Positions 28,400 to 38,211 of a DNA stretch of 64,000 nt are shown here, in pieces. The stretch is from Candidatus Daviesbacteria bacterium (GTDB lineage Bacteria > Patescibacteriota > Microgenomatia > Daviesbacterales > UBA10151). A model generated the notes under the pieces. It worked only from the letters and a program-made list of their open reading frames with translations. It searched no databases and was not told the DNA's origin. A program made the position numbers and the translations under genes. The stretch's first letter is position 1. Each line of letters begins with the position of its first letter. The stretch covers positions 578,619-642,618 of the forward strand of contig CP066688.1 of the NCBI GenBank assembly GCA_016432425.1, read 5' to 3'.

Positions 28400-28809
28400 G
28401 TGACGGAATTAAAGGTTTGATCTCAGATATAAATGAAGCCGGGGTTAAGCCGGTGGCGGATGAGGTAGGTAAGGCTATGGAGCAGGCAGCTCAGTCAGTT
28501 ATACAAGGTGCCGGCTCAAACCAAACTAAGGTTGCCAACTCTCCTGCCGGGCAAAATCCTCAAAAACAAGCTGAAGACCAAGCTGGTTTAATAGAAGCCA
28601 GAAGAAAGATAGCTTTTTGGAAAAATTTAGCTGATGAACAGGCTAAACTAAGGGCGCAGCAGAAAGCCAAAGAGGAAGAAAGATTAAAAGCAGAGGAAAA
28701 GAAAAAGGAGATTAAACAATTTGCAAGGATTAAAAAACAAGAATCCCTGAATACTGCTGTTAGAAACGCTCAAACTAAAACAGAAATCAAAAAAGGAGTA
28801 GGAGGCTAG
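28396..28809 (+). CDS. Hypothetical Lys/Glu/Ala-rich coiled-coil protein
   Basis: Composition. 4-bp overlap with the upstream peptidase. Confidence 0.35.
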   Translation: MSDGIKGLISDINEAGVKPVADEVGKAMEQAAQSVIQGAGSNQTKVANSPAGQNPQKQAEDQAGLIEARRKIAFWKNLADEQAKLRAQQKAKEEERLKAEEKKKEIKQFARIKKQESLNTAVRNAQTKTEIKKGVGG

Positions 28810-28841
28810 ATCAGTAGATTTTAAGAGTAAAAAGGTGTACA

Positions 28842-29048
28842 ATGTCAAGATCAAATTCTAAAATTATGGTAGAACAAAACAAAGGCGAAGGTGAAGAAAT
28901 ATCTCCAGATGTACGGGCCGTACTAGAAGCAGAAGCCCATGAGGCAGAAGTTCAGGCAGCCATGGATGCAGCAGCTGAAGAAGGCCGCATTATTACCCGG
29001 GAAGAAGCTAAGCAAATTTTACAGCAAGATAACCCGCCCACTCCTTAA
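28842..29048 (+). CDS. Hypothetical small acidic protein immediately upstream of fic (candidate Fic-inhibitory partner)
   Basis: 68 aa, acidic Ala/Glu-rich helix (AAMDAAAEEGRII). 33-bp gap to the Fic gene. Confidence 0.3.
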   Translation: MSRSNSKIMVEQNKGEGEEISPDVRAVLEAEAHEAEVQAAMDAAAEEGRIITREEAKQILQQDNPPTP

Positions 29049-29081
29049 TAAATATTCTCTATGATACTATAAGAGTAGAAT

Positions 29082-29909
29082 ATGGAAACTTACTCCAAGA
29101 TACAGGTAGATGAGGGGGAACGGAAAGATCAAGTTGTTTTTGGTGGACAAAGAGCAATGCGTTTTGTAAAAGATGTAGTAGCAGGCAAAGCAGTTGATGG
29201 TAGAAGATATAAGTTTGATAGTGACTTAATAATGGAGCTTCACAGAAGGGTAGCAATGGCTCCAGGCATAGTAAACTTTTTGCGCCAGACAGATTCAACT
29301 ACTGTCGGAGGAGAAACAGTAGGGTCCTACAGACAACTAGAGGTGAAAATGCAACTTTTCGGCAGATGGTTGGGAGAAGAGATGGAGTTACTTAAGGAGA
29401 ATTCGGAAGATATTGTTTTGGCGCTGTATATTGCAGCTTCGGTCCATTACGGTTTGACTCAACCCGGTTTTCATCCTTTTGATAATGGTAATGGGCGGAC
29501 AGGGAGGGCTTTAATGAATATGGTACTTATGTCCCAATCTTATGAGTTAACAGCTTTGGGCATGGCCATTCCACCCATCCCTATTATCCGGACCGATAAA
29601 GATGAAGGCCATTATATTCGCTCTCTTAGAGCAGCGGGCCAAACTAAAACAATGAATCCTTTTATGACTTTTATTGCTCAAAAATGGTTGGAATTTTTAA
29701 AACAAAGAATGGAGAATTTTCAAGCTAAGGTTAAAAATCCTAAAACTGATGCGGATAAAAAATTCTTTGATAAAATGGAAAGAAGAAGAGAGTTGTTAGA
29801 GCAGTTTATCCATGCAGGTAATCGAGGGGATAGCGAATATCAAGTTTACCCTATTCCTGATTATTTCGCCCCCCGTCATATTAAATTCTCCTATGCTGAA
29901 ACTGTTTAA
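29082..29909 (+). CDS. fic: Fic family protein (Fido domain, probable AMPylase)
   Basis: Canonical Fic motif HPFDNGNGRTGRALMNMVL (HPFx[DE]GNGRxxR). Confidence 0.8.
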   Translation: METYSKIQVDEGERKDQVVFGGQRAMRFVKDVVAGKAVDGRRYKFDSDLIMELHRRVAMAPGIVNFLRQTDSTTVGGETVGSYRQLEVKMQLFGRWLGEEMELLKENSEDIVLALYIAASVHYGLTQPGFHPFDNGNGRTGRALMNMVLMSQSYELTALGMAIPPIPIIRTDKDEGHYIRSLRAAGQTKTMNPFMTFIAQKWLEFLKQRMENFQAKVKNPKTDADKKFFDKMERRRELLEQFIHAGNRGDSEYQVYPIPDYFAPRHIKFSYAETV

Positions 29910-31257
29910 TTCTTTAACCAGAAAGATTGAGGAGTTTACTCCGCTACATCCGCCTCAGGTAGGATTTTATACCTGTGGCCCTACTGTTTATGATTACATG
30001 CATATTGGGAATTTACGCACCTTTGTGCTGTCCGATTTATTAATTAGAGTTTTAAAACAAAATGGGTATCAGGTTAAATCTGTCCGAAACATTACTGATA
30101 TTGACGATAAAATTATTGCCCGCGCCAAAGAAAAGTCTCTCTCTATCCAAAAATTGGCTAACGAATATACAAAGGCTTTTTTTGCAGATTTGGATAAATT
30201 AAATATTTTACCAGTAGATGTTAACCCCAAAGCTACCGAACATATTGGTCAAATGGTTAAGTATATTGAGGAGTTAATCAAAAAAGGAGTGGCTTATGAA
30301 AAAGACGGCTCAGTTTATTTTGATATTTCAAAATTTCCCGAGTATGGAAAACTCTCCGGCTTAGAGGGCCGGACCCTGAAAACCGGTACCAGGATTTTGT
30401 CAGATGAATATTCCAAAGATGATGTGCAGGATTTTGCCCTCTGGAAAGCAGTTAGCCCGGATGAGGGTAGCCCTTCGGCAAGCTCAGGATCTGCGAGTTG
30501 GTCCTCCCCCTGGGGAAAGGGTCGGCCGGGCTGGCATATTGAATGTTCTGTTATGTCCCAGGAATATTTGGGGGAAACTTTTGATTTGCATACCGGGGGA
30601 GTAGATTTGCTTTTCCCTCATCACGAAAATGAAATTGCCCAAGCGGAGGCCAAAACCACAAAGCCATTTGTCAGATTTTTTGTTCATGGTGAACATATGT
30701 TGGTGGAGGGAGCCAAGATGAGTAAGTCTTTAAATAATTTTTATACTTTAAAAGATTTAGAGAAACGGGGTTTTAACCCGCTGGCACTGCGGTATTTATT
30801 TTTAACAGCCCACTGGCGGGATAAATTAAATTTTACCTGGGACAGTTTGACTGCTGCCCAAAATACTTTAAATAAAATTCGAGAACAACTGCGGGATTTT
30901 GACCCACCAGAAATTGGCTGTAGTGAATTTGAACAAAAATTTACAGAGGCTATTAACAATGACCTAAATTTACCCCAGGCTCTGGCAGTCATGCATGACC
31001 TTTTGGGAAGCGATTATGCCACTTCCGCCAAAGCAAAAACTCTTTTAAAAATGGATGAAGTGTTGGGACTGGGGCTGGAAAAATATATTGGCCAAAAAAT
31101 TGAAGTTCCAACTCATGTGCAAAAATTAATTGACCAGCGGGAAGAGACTCGGATAGCCGGGGATTTTAATAAATCAGATCAGCTGCGGGCGGAAATTAAA
31201 AAATTAGGTTTTGAAATAGAGGATACAGCTTCCGGGCCTAAGATTAAAAAAGTTTAA
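29893..31257 (+). CDS. cysS: Cysteinyl-tRNA synthetase. The start is taken at 29893 (MLKLFNSLTRKIEEF), overlapping the fic 3' end by 17 nt.
   Basis: HIGN (HMHIGNLRT) and KMSKS motifs. Zn-binding WSSPWGKGRPGWHIECS. Confidence 0.9.
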   Translation: MLKLFNSLTRKIEEFTPLHPPQVGFYTCGPTVYDYMHIGNLRTFVLSDLLIRVLKQNGYQVKSVRNITDIDDKIIARAKEKSLSIQKLANEYTKAFFADLDKLNILPVDVNPKATEHIGQMVKYIEELIKKGVAYEKDGSVYFDISKFPEYGKLSGLEGRTLKTGTRILSDEYSKDDVQDFALWKAVSPDEGSPSASSGSASWSSPWGKGRPGWHIECSVMSQEYLGETFDLHTGGVDLLFPHHENEIAQAEAKTTKPFVRFFVHGEHMLVEGAKMSKSLNNFYTLKDLEKRGFNPLALRYLFLTAHWRDKLNFTWDSLTAAQNTLNKIREQLRDFDPPEIGCSEFEQKFTEAINNDLNLPQALAVMHDLLGSDYATSAKAKTLLKMDEVLGLGLEKYIGQKIEVPTHVQKLIDQREETRIAGDFNKSDQLRAEIKKLGFEIEDTASGPKIKKV

Positions 31258-32030
31258 TGGATATTCTACAAGCAGTTATACTTTCAGTAGTAGAAGGAGT
31301 GACGGAGTTTTTACCCATTTCTTCTACTGCCCATCAGGTTTTAACTGCCCAGCTTTTATCAATTCCCCAAACGCAGTTTGTTAAAAGTTTTGAAATTTTT
31401 ATCCAACTGGGAGCAATTTTAGCAGTAATAGTTTTGTATTGGCGCAGAGTTTTAAAACAAAAAGAAATTTGGAAGAGAATTTTAATAGCTTTTTTACCTA
31501 CGGCTATAGTAGGACTATTGTTTTATAAAATTATCAAAGAAGTTTTAATCGGCAACATTGTCTTGACCTTGTGGGCTATTTTCCTGGGAGGGATTTTACT
31601 AATTTCATTGGAGCTGCTTTACAAAGAAAAGCAGCACCACGCGGCCGATATTAAAGATTTATCATACAGGCAATCTTTTTTAATTGGGCTCATACAGGCC
31701 TTATCAGTAGTTCCCGGTGTTTCCCGGGCCGGAGCGACCATCGTGGGGGCCTTAATGTTGGGAGCAAAAAGAGCAGTGGCGGTAGAGTTTTCTTTTCTTT
31801 TGGCTGTCCCGACACTTCTTTCCGCTGCCAGTTTAGATTTGATGAAAATGCAATTTCGTTTCAGTTTTGACGAATGGTTAGTTTTAATGGTGGGTTTTGG
31901 GGGGGCATTTGTCTCCGCCATGTTGGTTATTAAATGGTTTTTAAAATTTGTCTCTAAAAATAATTTTATTTCTTTTGGAGTATACAGAATTATTTTGGCC
32001 ATAGCTTTTGGGTTCTTCTTTCTCAAATGA
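31257..32030 (+). CDS. uppP: Undecaprenyl-diphosphatase
   Basis: N-terminal VVEGVTEFLPISSTAHQ and the central PGVSRAGATI motif. Confidence 0.85.
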   Translation: MDILQAVILSVVEGVTEFLPISSTAHQVLTAQLLSIPQTQFVKSFEIFIQLGAILAVIVLYWRRVLKQKEIWKRILIAFLPTAIVGLLFYKIIKEVLIGNIVLTLWAIFLGGILLISLELLYKEKQHHAADIKDLSYRQSFLIGLIQALSVVPGVSRAGATIVGALMLGAKRAVAVEFSFLLAVPTLLSAASLDLMKMQFRFSFDEWLVLMVGFGGAFVSAMLVIKWFLKFVSKNNFISFGVYRIILAIAFGFFFLK

Positions 32031-32076
32031 TTCTTGCATCTTGATGTAGGTAGCTCATTTTGTTAGACTTTCCCCT

Positions 32077-33336
32077 ATGTATCAGATGCAAACTTTAAAA
32101 AATGGTTTAACTCTCATTACCATCCCCATTCCCAGTTTAGATTCTGTTACTACACTTCTCTCTGTGGGAGCAGGGTCCCGCTATGAAACTCCCAAAATAA
32201 ACGGTATTTCCCATTTCCTAGAACACATGTTTTTTAAAGGCAGTCGAAAATTTCCCAGCGCAGAAGCAATTGCCAACTTGGTGGATGGGATTGGGGCAGT
32301 CAATAACGCGGCCACCAGCAAAGAATATACTTTTTACTGGATTAAATCTGCTGCCAAACACTTGGAACTCTCAGTGGAAATTATTGCCTCCATGCTGTCT
32401 GAACCGCTTTTCCAGGAAGAGGAGATCGAGCGGGAAAAAGGGGTCATTGTCGAAGAAATCCGCATGTATAAAGATAACCCCCAAGCTTATGTTTTTGACC
32501 TGTATGAAAGACTGCAGTTTGGGGATCAACCTTTGGGTTGGGAAATTGCCGGCTCTGAGCGAGTGATTAACTCCATTGCCCGCCAAAATTTTCTTGATTA
32601 TACTAAAAGCTTGTATGCCCCCAAAAATATGGCTTTAGTTTTTGCCGGGAAAATTCCTAAAAATATCAAACAAATTAGTGAGCGATATTTTACTGATCTG
32701 CCAGAGCATTTAAGTCAAAAACCGCTCCCTTTTAAAAAGATTAAACAAACTAAACCAAAATTAGGTTTGATGTATAAAAAAACCGATCAAGCCAATTTAA
32801 TTTTGGGGGTAGAAGGATTTGACCGCTATGATCAAAAAAGATATGCTTCCAAAGTTTTGGGGGCAATTTTAGGAGAGGGGATGTCTTCCAGATTATTTTT
32901 ACAAGTTCGGGAAAGAAGAGGCCTGGCTTACCGAATAAATGCCAGTCCGGATTTTTATTTAGATACAGGAACCTTTGTAGTTTATGCCGGGCTAAAACTG
33001 GAAAAGGTTGAAGAGGGGCTGGAAGTAATTATTGCAGAGTTACTAAGAGTTACCAGGGAATTAGTCACAGAGGAGGAACTGAAAAAAGCCAAAGAGTTAA
33101 TTAGAGGGAGGCTGGCCATCCGGGGAGAGTCGACCAATTTTCTGGCAGAATATTTTGGGGTAGATTTTGTCTTGGACCACAAACTGGAAACCTTTGAGGA
33201 GCATTTGAGAAAGATTGATCAAGTCAGCGCTGCTGAGGTGAAAAAAGTGGCCGCTGAACTGTTTGCGCCGAACAGATTTAACTTACAAATTATTGGGCCA
33301 TTTCGGGACGCAAATAAATTTGCCAAAATTTTATAA
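32077..33336 (+). CDS. M16-family zinc peptidase (second copy)
   Basis: HFLEHMFFKG (HxxEH). Confidence 0.75.
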   Translation: MYQMQTLKNGLTLITIPIPSLDSVTTLLSVGAGSRYETPKINGISHFLEHMFFKGSRKFPSAEAIANLVDGIGAVNNAATSKEYTFYWIKSAAKHLELSVEIIASMLSEPLFQEEEIEREKGVIVEEIRMYKDNPQAYVFDLYERLQFGDQPLGWEIAGSERVINSIARQNFLDYTKSLYAPKNMALVFAGKIPKNIKQISERYFTDLPEHLSQKPLPFKKIKQTKPKLGLMYKKTDQANLILGVEGFDRYDQKRYASKVLGAILGEGMSSRLFLQVRERRGLAYRINASPDFYLDTGTFVVYAGLKLEKVEEGLEVIIAELLRVTRELVTEEELKKAKELIRGRLAIRGESTNFLAEYFGVDFVLDHKLETFEEHLRKIDQVSAAEVKKVAAELFAPNRFNLQIIGPFRDANKFAKIL

Positions 33337-33340
33337 ACTT

Positions 33341-34462
33341 ATGAAAAAAGCTCTGTCTTTACATGCTAAATTCCCCGGTAAAATTGGTACCCAAATTTTA
33401 ACTCCTGTTAAAAACAGAACTGGTCTTTCTTTAGTTTACACTCCCGGAGTGGCAGAAGTTTCCCAAGCTATTGCCAAAAATAGGAAACTGGTCAACAAAT
33501 ATACCCTCAAAGGTAGAACTGTGGCCATAGTCAGTGACGGCTCCGCGGTTTTGGGTTTGGGTAACGTGGGACCAGCGGCAGCTTTGCCGGTGATGGAGGG
33601 TAAGGCGCTGCTTTTTAAAGCTTTTGCCAACTTGGATGCTTACCCAATTTGTTTGGATACGCAGGAGCCAGCAGAAATTATCCAAATTGTCAAAGCCTTA
33701 ACCCCCAGTTTTGGGGCAGTTAATCTGGAAGATATTGCCGCCCCCAAATGTTTTGCCATTGAAGAAGCTTTACAGGATATTGGTATTCCGGTGATGCATG
33801 ATGACCAACATGGTACGGCAGTGGTGGTACTGGCAGCTTTAATTAACAGTGCCAAAGTGGTGGGTAAAAAGATGGGCAATTTAAAAGTGGTAGTTAATGG
33901 GGCCGGAGCAGCCGGTAATGCTATTGCTAATTTAGTGAGAAATCAAGTCAGTGAAGTGATTGTTTTGGATAGTACCGGAATTATTTATCAAGGTCGTCCA
34001 GGGCTCGATCCTTACAAAGAGAAACTGGCCCAAGTTACCAATAGAGAGTTTAGGACAGGGGATTTAAAAATAGCTTTGCAGGGGGCGGATGTTTTTATCG
34101 GGGTATCCAGGGGTAATTTGTTAAAACGCGCCGATGTTAAATTAATGAATGAGAGGGCAATCGTTTTAGCCATGGCCAACCCGAATCCGGAAATCCTGCC
34201 TGAGGAAGCACTAAAAGGTGGGGCCGCTGTGGTGGCAACCGGCCGCTCGGATTTTCCCAATCAGGTAAATAATGCCTTGGCTTTTCCGGGAATTTTTAAA
34301 GGAGTGTTGCAATCAGGTAAAGTTAAAATTACCACGGAAATGAAAATGGCAGCTGCCCACGCGATTGCTAAGCTGGTGGAAAAGCCAACCCCGGGAAGTA
34401 TTATTCCCAGTATTTTTGACAAAAAAGTAGTGCCGGCAGTAGCCAAGGCGGTGGCGCGTTGA
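33341..34462 (+). CDS. NAD(P)-dependent malic enzyme (short bacterial type). The start is taken at 33341.
   Basis: LSLVYTPGVAEV and VAIVSDGSAVLGLGNVGPAAALPVMEGKALLFK, plus a Rossmann GAGAAG. Confidence 0.85.
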   Translation: MKKALSLHAKFPGKIGTQILTPVKNRTGLSLVYTPGVAEVSQAIAKNRKLVNKYTLKGRTVAIVSDGSAVLGLGNVGPAAALPVMEGKALLFKAFANLDAYPICLDTQEPAEIIQIVKALTPSFGAVNLEDIAAPKCFAIEEALQDIGIPVMHDDQHGTAVVVLAALINSAKVVGKKMGNLKVVVNGAGAAGNAIANLVRNQVSEVIVLDSTGIIYQGRPGLDPYKEKLAQVTNREFRTGDLKIALQGADVFIGVSRGNLLKRADVKLMNERAIVLAMANPNPEILPEEALKGGAAVVATGRSDFPNQVNNALAFPGIFKGVLQSGKVKITTEMKMAAAHAIAKLVEKPTPGSIIPSIFDKKVVPAVAKAVAR

Positions 34463-35949
34463 TGCTAAGATTAATTGATGCTTTTTTAAACGGGGTGACA
34501 ATGTACCGTTTAATGATGTATGTGTTGTCAGGACTACTTTTTCTAGCCACTATTTTTAGTTTTTTCCAACTGCTTCCTTTTGCTCCGCTACCCTTGATTT
34601 TTACCAGCATAATACTTTCTGCCACCGCTTATTTAGCTAATGAAATTTTAGCCAAAATCTTTCAAGCTCCGGCAAATTTTGAGTCAATTTTTATTACCAG
34701 TTTAATTTTATCTTTAATTATTAGTCCCATAAATTCTCTAAACGAAGTGCCAATATTAATGCTGGTGGCTGTTTTGGCTGCCTCTTCCAAATTTATTTTG
34801 GCCCTTCATCATAAACATATTTTTAACCCGGCTGCTCTGGCAATTGTTCTGGTGCCGCTTTTGACTACTTTTGGTCCTAGTTGGTGGGTGGGAGAACCGG
34901 TCATGTTAGCACCCACCCTCATTGGTGGATTTTTAATTGTCAGAAAAATAAAAAGATGGGATTTGGTATTGAGCTTTTTGGCTGTTTTTTCTTTAGTAAC
35001 TTTTGGCGCATCTTTTTTAAAGGGGGCGGATTATGGGCAATTAATAAGGGGTTTTTCCAGCAGCTTTTTAGTGTTGTTTTTTGCCACTGTTATGTTAACA
35101 GAACCTCAAACTACTCCACCTGTTAAAGCTTGGCGCATACTTTATGGCAGTTTAGTGGGGGCAATTTTAGGATCCAATTTTCATTTAGGTCCGTTTTATA
35201 CTACTCCTGAATTATCTTTGATCCTGGGGAATATTTTCTCCTTTTTAGTTTCCCCCAAAGAAAAATTAATTTTACCCCTCCAAGAAAAAATTAAATATTC
35301 TCCCGTGCTTTATGATTTTGTTTTTAAACTAGATCGCCCATTTAATTATTTATCGGGGCAATTTATGGAGTGGACTTATGCCTTAAAAAAATTAGACAGT
35401 CGTGGCAATCGTCGCTTTTTTACGCTAGCTTCTTCCCCGACAGAAGAGACTTTAAGGATAGGAGTCAGATTTTCTGAAAACGGTAGCGCTTTTAAGGCTC
35501 AACTGCTGGAGATGAAAAAAGGAGAAAAAATTGTGGCAAGTCTACTATCTGGAAATTTTACCTTACCAAGTGACTTAAACCAAAAACTAACTTTTCTGGC
35601 CGGAGGAGTGGGCATTACCCCTTTTAGGAGTATGGTTAAATATTTGCTGGACAAACAAGAAAAAAGGGATATTATTTTGCTTTACTGTGTTAAAACCAAT
35701 GCCGATGCCATTTATTTAAAATTGTTTAACCAAGCCAAAGATTTAGGAGTTAAAACTGTAGTCAAAGAAACTGACAAAACTGGGGTTGTAACTAAAGAAG
35801 TGATTGCCTCCCAAATTCCGGATTTTAAAGAAAGATTATTTTATCTATCTGGGCCTTATGGTATGGTGACCTCTTTTAAAAAGGTGCTTTCCGAGATGGG
35901 TATTCCCGCCTCGCAAATTAAGACAGATTATTTCCCCGGCTATGTTTAA
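34459..35949 (+). CDS. Polytopic membrane protein fused to a ferredoxin-NADP+ reductase-like FAD/NAD(P)-binding domain
   Basis: About 8 predicted TM helices (HH pair in LALHHKHIF). C-terminal RRFFTLASSP (RxYS-like FAD motif) and LAGGVGITPF (GGxGxxP NAD motif). Confidence 0.55.
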   Translation: MMLRLIDAFLNGVTMYRLMMYVLSGLLFLATIFSFFQLLPFAPLPLIFTSIILSATAYLANEILAKIFQAPANFESIFITSLILSLIISPINSLNEVPILMLVAVLAASSKFILALHHKHIFNPAALAIVLVPLLTTFGPSWWVGEPVMLAPTLIGGFLIVRKIKRWDLVLSFLAVFSLVTFGASFLKGADYGQLIRGFSSSFLVLFFATVMLTEPQTTPPVKAWRILYGSLVGAILGSNFHLGPFYTTPELSLILGNIFSFLVSPKEKLILPLQEKIKYSPVLYDFVFKLDRPFNYLSGQFMEWTYALKKLDSRGNRRFFTLASSPTEETLRIGVRFSENGSAFKAQLLEMKKGEKIVASLLSGNFTLPSDLNQKLTFLAGGVGITPFRSMVKYLLDKQEKRDIILLYCVKTNADAIYLKLFNQAKDLGVKTVVKETDKTGVVTKEVIASQIPDFKERLFYLSGPYGMVTSFKKVLSEMGIPASQIKTDYFPGYV

Positions 35950-36044
35950 GTAACTCTGATTTGGATTTTTTTACCAGACTCTTACTAGATTTTTAAGTGA
36001 AGCTAGATAATCTATGCTATTTTGGTAAATCAGGGGGTGAGGAA

Positions 36045-36221
36045 ATGGCTAACTATGATCAAAAATCCCAAGAAGCAGTGGGGCAGATGATGAGAAAAAT
36101 GAAAGAGGGTAGACTGAAAAGTGGTCGTAGCGGTAAGATAGTAAGAAGCCGCAAGCAAGCGATTGCCATTGGGCTCTCAGAAGCCAGGAAAAAAGGTGCC
36201 CATATCCCATCTTCTGGATAA
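36045..36221 (+). CDS. Small conserved basic protein, 58 aa from the ATG at 36045; the ORF track calls 35997..36221
   Basis: A GGGGTGAGG Shine-Dalgarno precedes 36045. KSGRSGKIVRSRKQAIAIGLSEARKKG resembles a widespread small-protein family. Confidence 0.4.
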   Translation: MANYDQKSQEAVGQMMRKMKEGRLKSGRSGKIVRSRKQAIAIGLSEARKKGAHIPSSG

Positions 36222-36231
36222 AAATTTTCGG

Positions 36232-37254
36232 ATGAAGCAAACGATTGTCTTGGCTTTACTAGGATTATTAATTTTTCTATTTTTATCAGCGAAGCTAAAT
36301 CAATCTAACCTGGTCACAACTGTCAGCCAAATAAATGTTACTAAAGACGCTTTAGCCATAGAAGAAATGAGACAAAAATCTTACCCGGGAAGTGATTTAA
36401 AAATTGAACAAACCCTGGATGATGGTGGAAATTACCATCAATATATCGCCTCTTACCAATCAGAGGGTTTAAAAATTTATGGGCTCTTAACAGTGCCTTT
36501 AGGAGAAAAGCCCAACGACGGTTGGCCGGCCATTTTATTTAACCATGGTTATATCCCTCCGGCCCAATATCAAACAACGGAAAAGTATGTTGATTATGTA
36601 AATGCTTTTGCCTCAAACAGCTATATTGTTTTTAAAAGTGATTATCGGGGGCATGGGCAGTCACAAGGGGAGCCTTCTGGAGCATATTATTCTCCGGCCT
36701 ATACGGTTGATGTTTTAAATGCCCTATCTTCTTTAAAAAAATTTCCGGATGCCAACCCTAATAAAATTGGTATGTGGGGGCATTCTTTGGGAGGAAATAT
36801 AACTTTGCGAAGCTTAGTGATTTCTTCTGCTGATATTAAAGCTGCAGTAATCTGGAATGGGGTGGTGGGGACTTATGATGATTTGATGAATAATTGGCGA
36901 AGGAGAGTAACTTATAGTCCCCCGCCAAATCAGTTAGCTTTAAGAAGCCTGCATCGCAATAACTTAATTAAAAAATATGGGTCGCTGGCTGATAACCCTA
37001 ATTTTTGGCATTCCATTGACCCCAATTATTATATTCAGGATATTGCTGCTCCGGTTCAGCTTCATGCCGGACTGTCAGACGAAGAAGTCCCTTGGCAATT
37101 TTCTGAAGGTCTATATAATAGATTAAAGGAGGCTAAAAAAGAGGTGAAATTTTATACTTATCTGGAAGCAGACCACAATCTGTCGCAGCCTTTTAGTGTG
37201 GCCATACAAAGATCAATAGATTTTTTTGACCAATATTTGAAAGGAGGTGAATGA
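36232..37254 (+). CDS. Alpha/beta hydrolase (S9 prolyl-oligopeptidase / dienelactone-hydrolase-like) with an N-terminal TM anchor. The start is taken at 36232.
   Basis: Nucleophile elbow GHSLGG, downstream catalytic Asp/His (EADHNL). Confidence 0.6.
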   Translation: MKQTIVLALLGLLIFLFLSAKLNQSNLVTTVSQINVTKDALAIEEMRQKSYPGSDLKIEQTLDDGGNYHQYIASYQSEGLKIYGLLTVPLGEKPNDGWPAILFNHGYIPPAQYQTTEKYVDYVNAFASNSYIVFKSDYRGHGQSQGEPSGAYYSPAYTVDVLNALSSLKKFPDANPNKIGMWGHSLGGNITLRSLVISSADIKAAVIWNGVVGTYDDLMNNWRRRVTYSPPPNQLALRSLHRNNLIKKYGSLADNPNFWHSIDPNYYIQDIAAPVQLHAGLSDEEVPWQFSEGLYNRLKEAKKEVKFYTYLEADHNLSQPFSVAIQRSIDFFDQYLKGGE

Positions 37255-37691
37255 ATATAAATAAAGGAATTTTAATTGCCATAGCAATTTTAGTTTTAGC
37301 TGGAGGATATATTTTTTACCAAGGTACCCAAAACCAGGGTAGTCCTGCTCCTGCGGTAACTGACAGTTCGCCAACTGCCAGCCCGGCTGAATCAACCGGT
37401 TCTGGAGCGACCGCTGCAGTGAAGGAGTTTAATGTAACAGGATCCAGTTTTAAATTTGATCCGGCCACCATTACTGTGAGTCAGGGTGATACAGTCAAAA
37501 TCAATTTTCGCAATACCGCTGGCACCCATGATTTTAGTCTGGATGATTTTAATGTTAAGACTAAGGTTCTGAAAGCAGATGAAACCGAGACAGTGGAATT
37601 CGTCGCAGACAAAGCAGGGACTTTTGAATATTTTTGTTCAGTGGGAAATCATCGTTCCCTGGGAATGGTAGGTAAGCTAGTAGTTGAGTAG
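37251..37691 (+). CDS. Cupredoxin (plastocyanin/azurin-like blue copper protein), membrane-anchored
   Basis: Type-1 copper ligands: H in GTHDF and C-x2-H-x4-M in FCSVGNHRSLGM. N-terminal TM. Confidence 0.65.
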   Translation: MNINKGILIAIAILVLAGGYIFYQGTQNQGSPAPAVTDSSPTASPAESTGSGATAAVKEFNVTGSSFKFDPATITVSQGDTVKINFRNTAGTHDFSLDDFNVKTKVLKADETETVEFVADKAGTFEYFCSVGNHRSLGMVGKLVVE

Positions 37692-37720
37692 TTTCCTGAC
37701 TGCGATGGATAAAGATCAAA

Positions 37721-38143
37721 ATGAATGATCAGGGAAGCCTTAAAAGATATTTAGTCATTGTAGCTGATCGGCAACACGGCAGATTTTTTACCATTTTTAT
37801 GGGGACTTTTGAAGATCAGGGAGAATGGGTTGAAGATAAGGATGTCCCACAAAGGATCAAAGCAGAAGGATTTCGGGTAGCTAAAATTGGCCGCCATATT
37901 ATTGAACATCTGCACAAACATTTAAAGCATGTTGGGGATGAAGCTTTAAATTACTTGGTCAAAAGACGTATCAAAGGAATTAATGGTGTGATTTTAGGTA
38001 GCCATCAAGAACTGCTTTCTTCTTTAAAAAAGTCTCTGCCGCCCAAATTAAAAAATAAAGTAGTGGGAGAATTTGTGGCAGATTGGCATTTATCAATTGG
38101 TGATTTGACCGAAAAAGCCAATGAGGTTTTACGTTATAACTAA
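37721..38143 (+). CDS. Host_attach/baeRF-family protein (eRF1-domain-2-like fold)
   Basis: YLVIVADRQHGRFF near the N-terminus and VILGSHQELLSSLKKSL...VVGEF...DLTE later match the conserved blocks of this family as I recall them. Confidence 0.4.
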   Translation: MNDQGSLKRYLVIVADRQHGRFFTIFMGTFEDQGEWVEDKDVPQRIKAEGFRVAKIGRHIIEHLHKHLKHVGDEALNYLVKRRIKGINGVILGSHQELLSSLKKSLPPKLKNKVVGEFVADWHLSIGDLTEKANEVLRYN

Positions 38144-38211
38144 AACTTTATCCTATAATTTGACAAAAGGGATTTGCCGGAAATATAATTGCTCTCACAA
38201 CAGTCAATAAC

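Noticed and set aside
29059-29298. 79-aa minus-strand ORF across the fic start
   Set aside because: It overlaps the start of the well-supported Fic gene (whose HPFDNGNGRTGR motif lies further downstream) on the opposite strand. No Shine-Dalgarno. Likely spurious.
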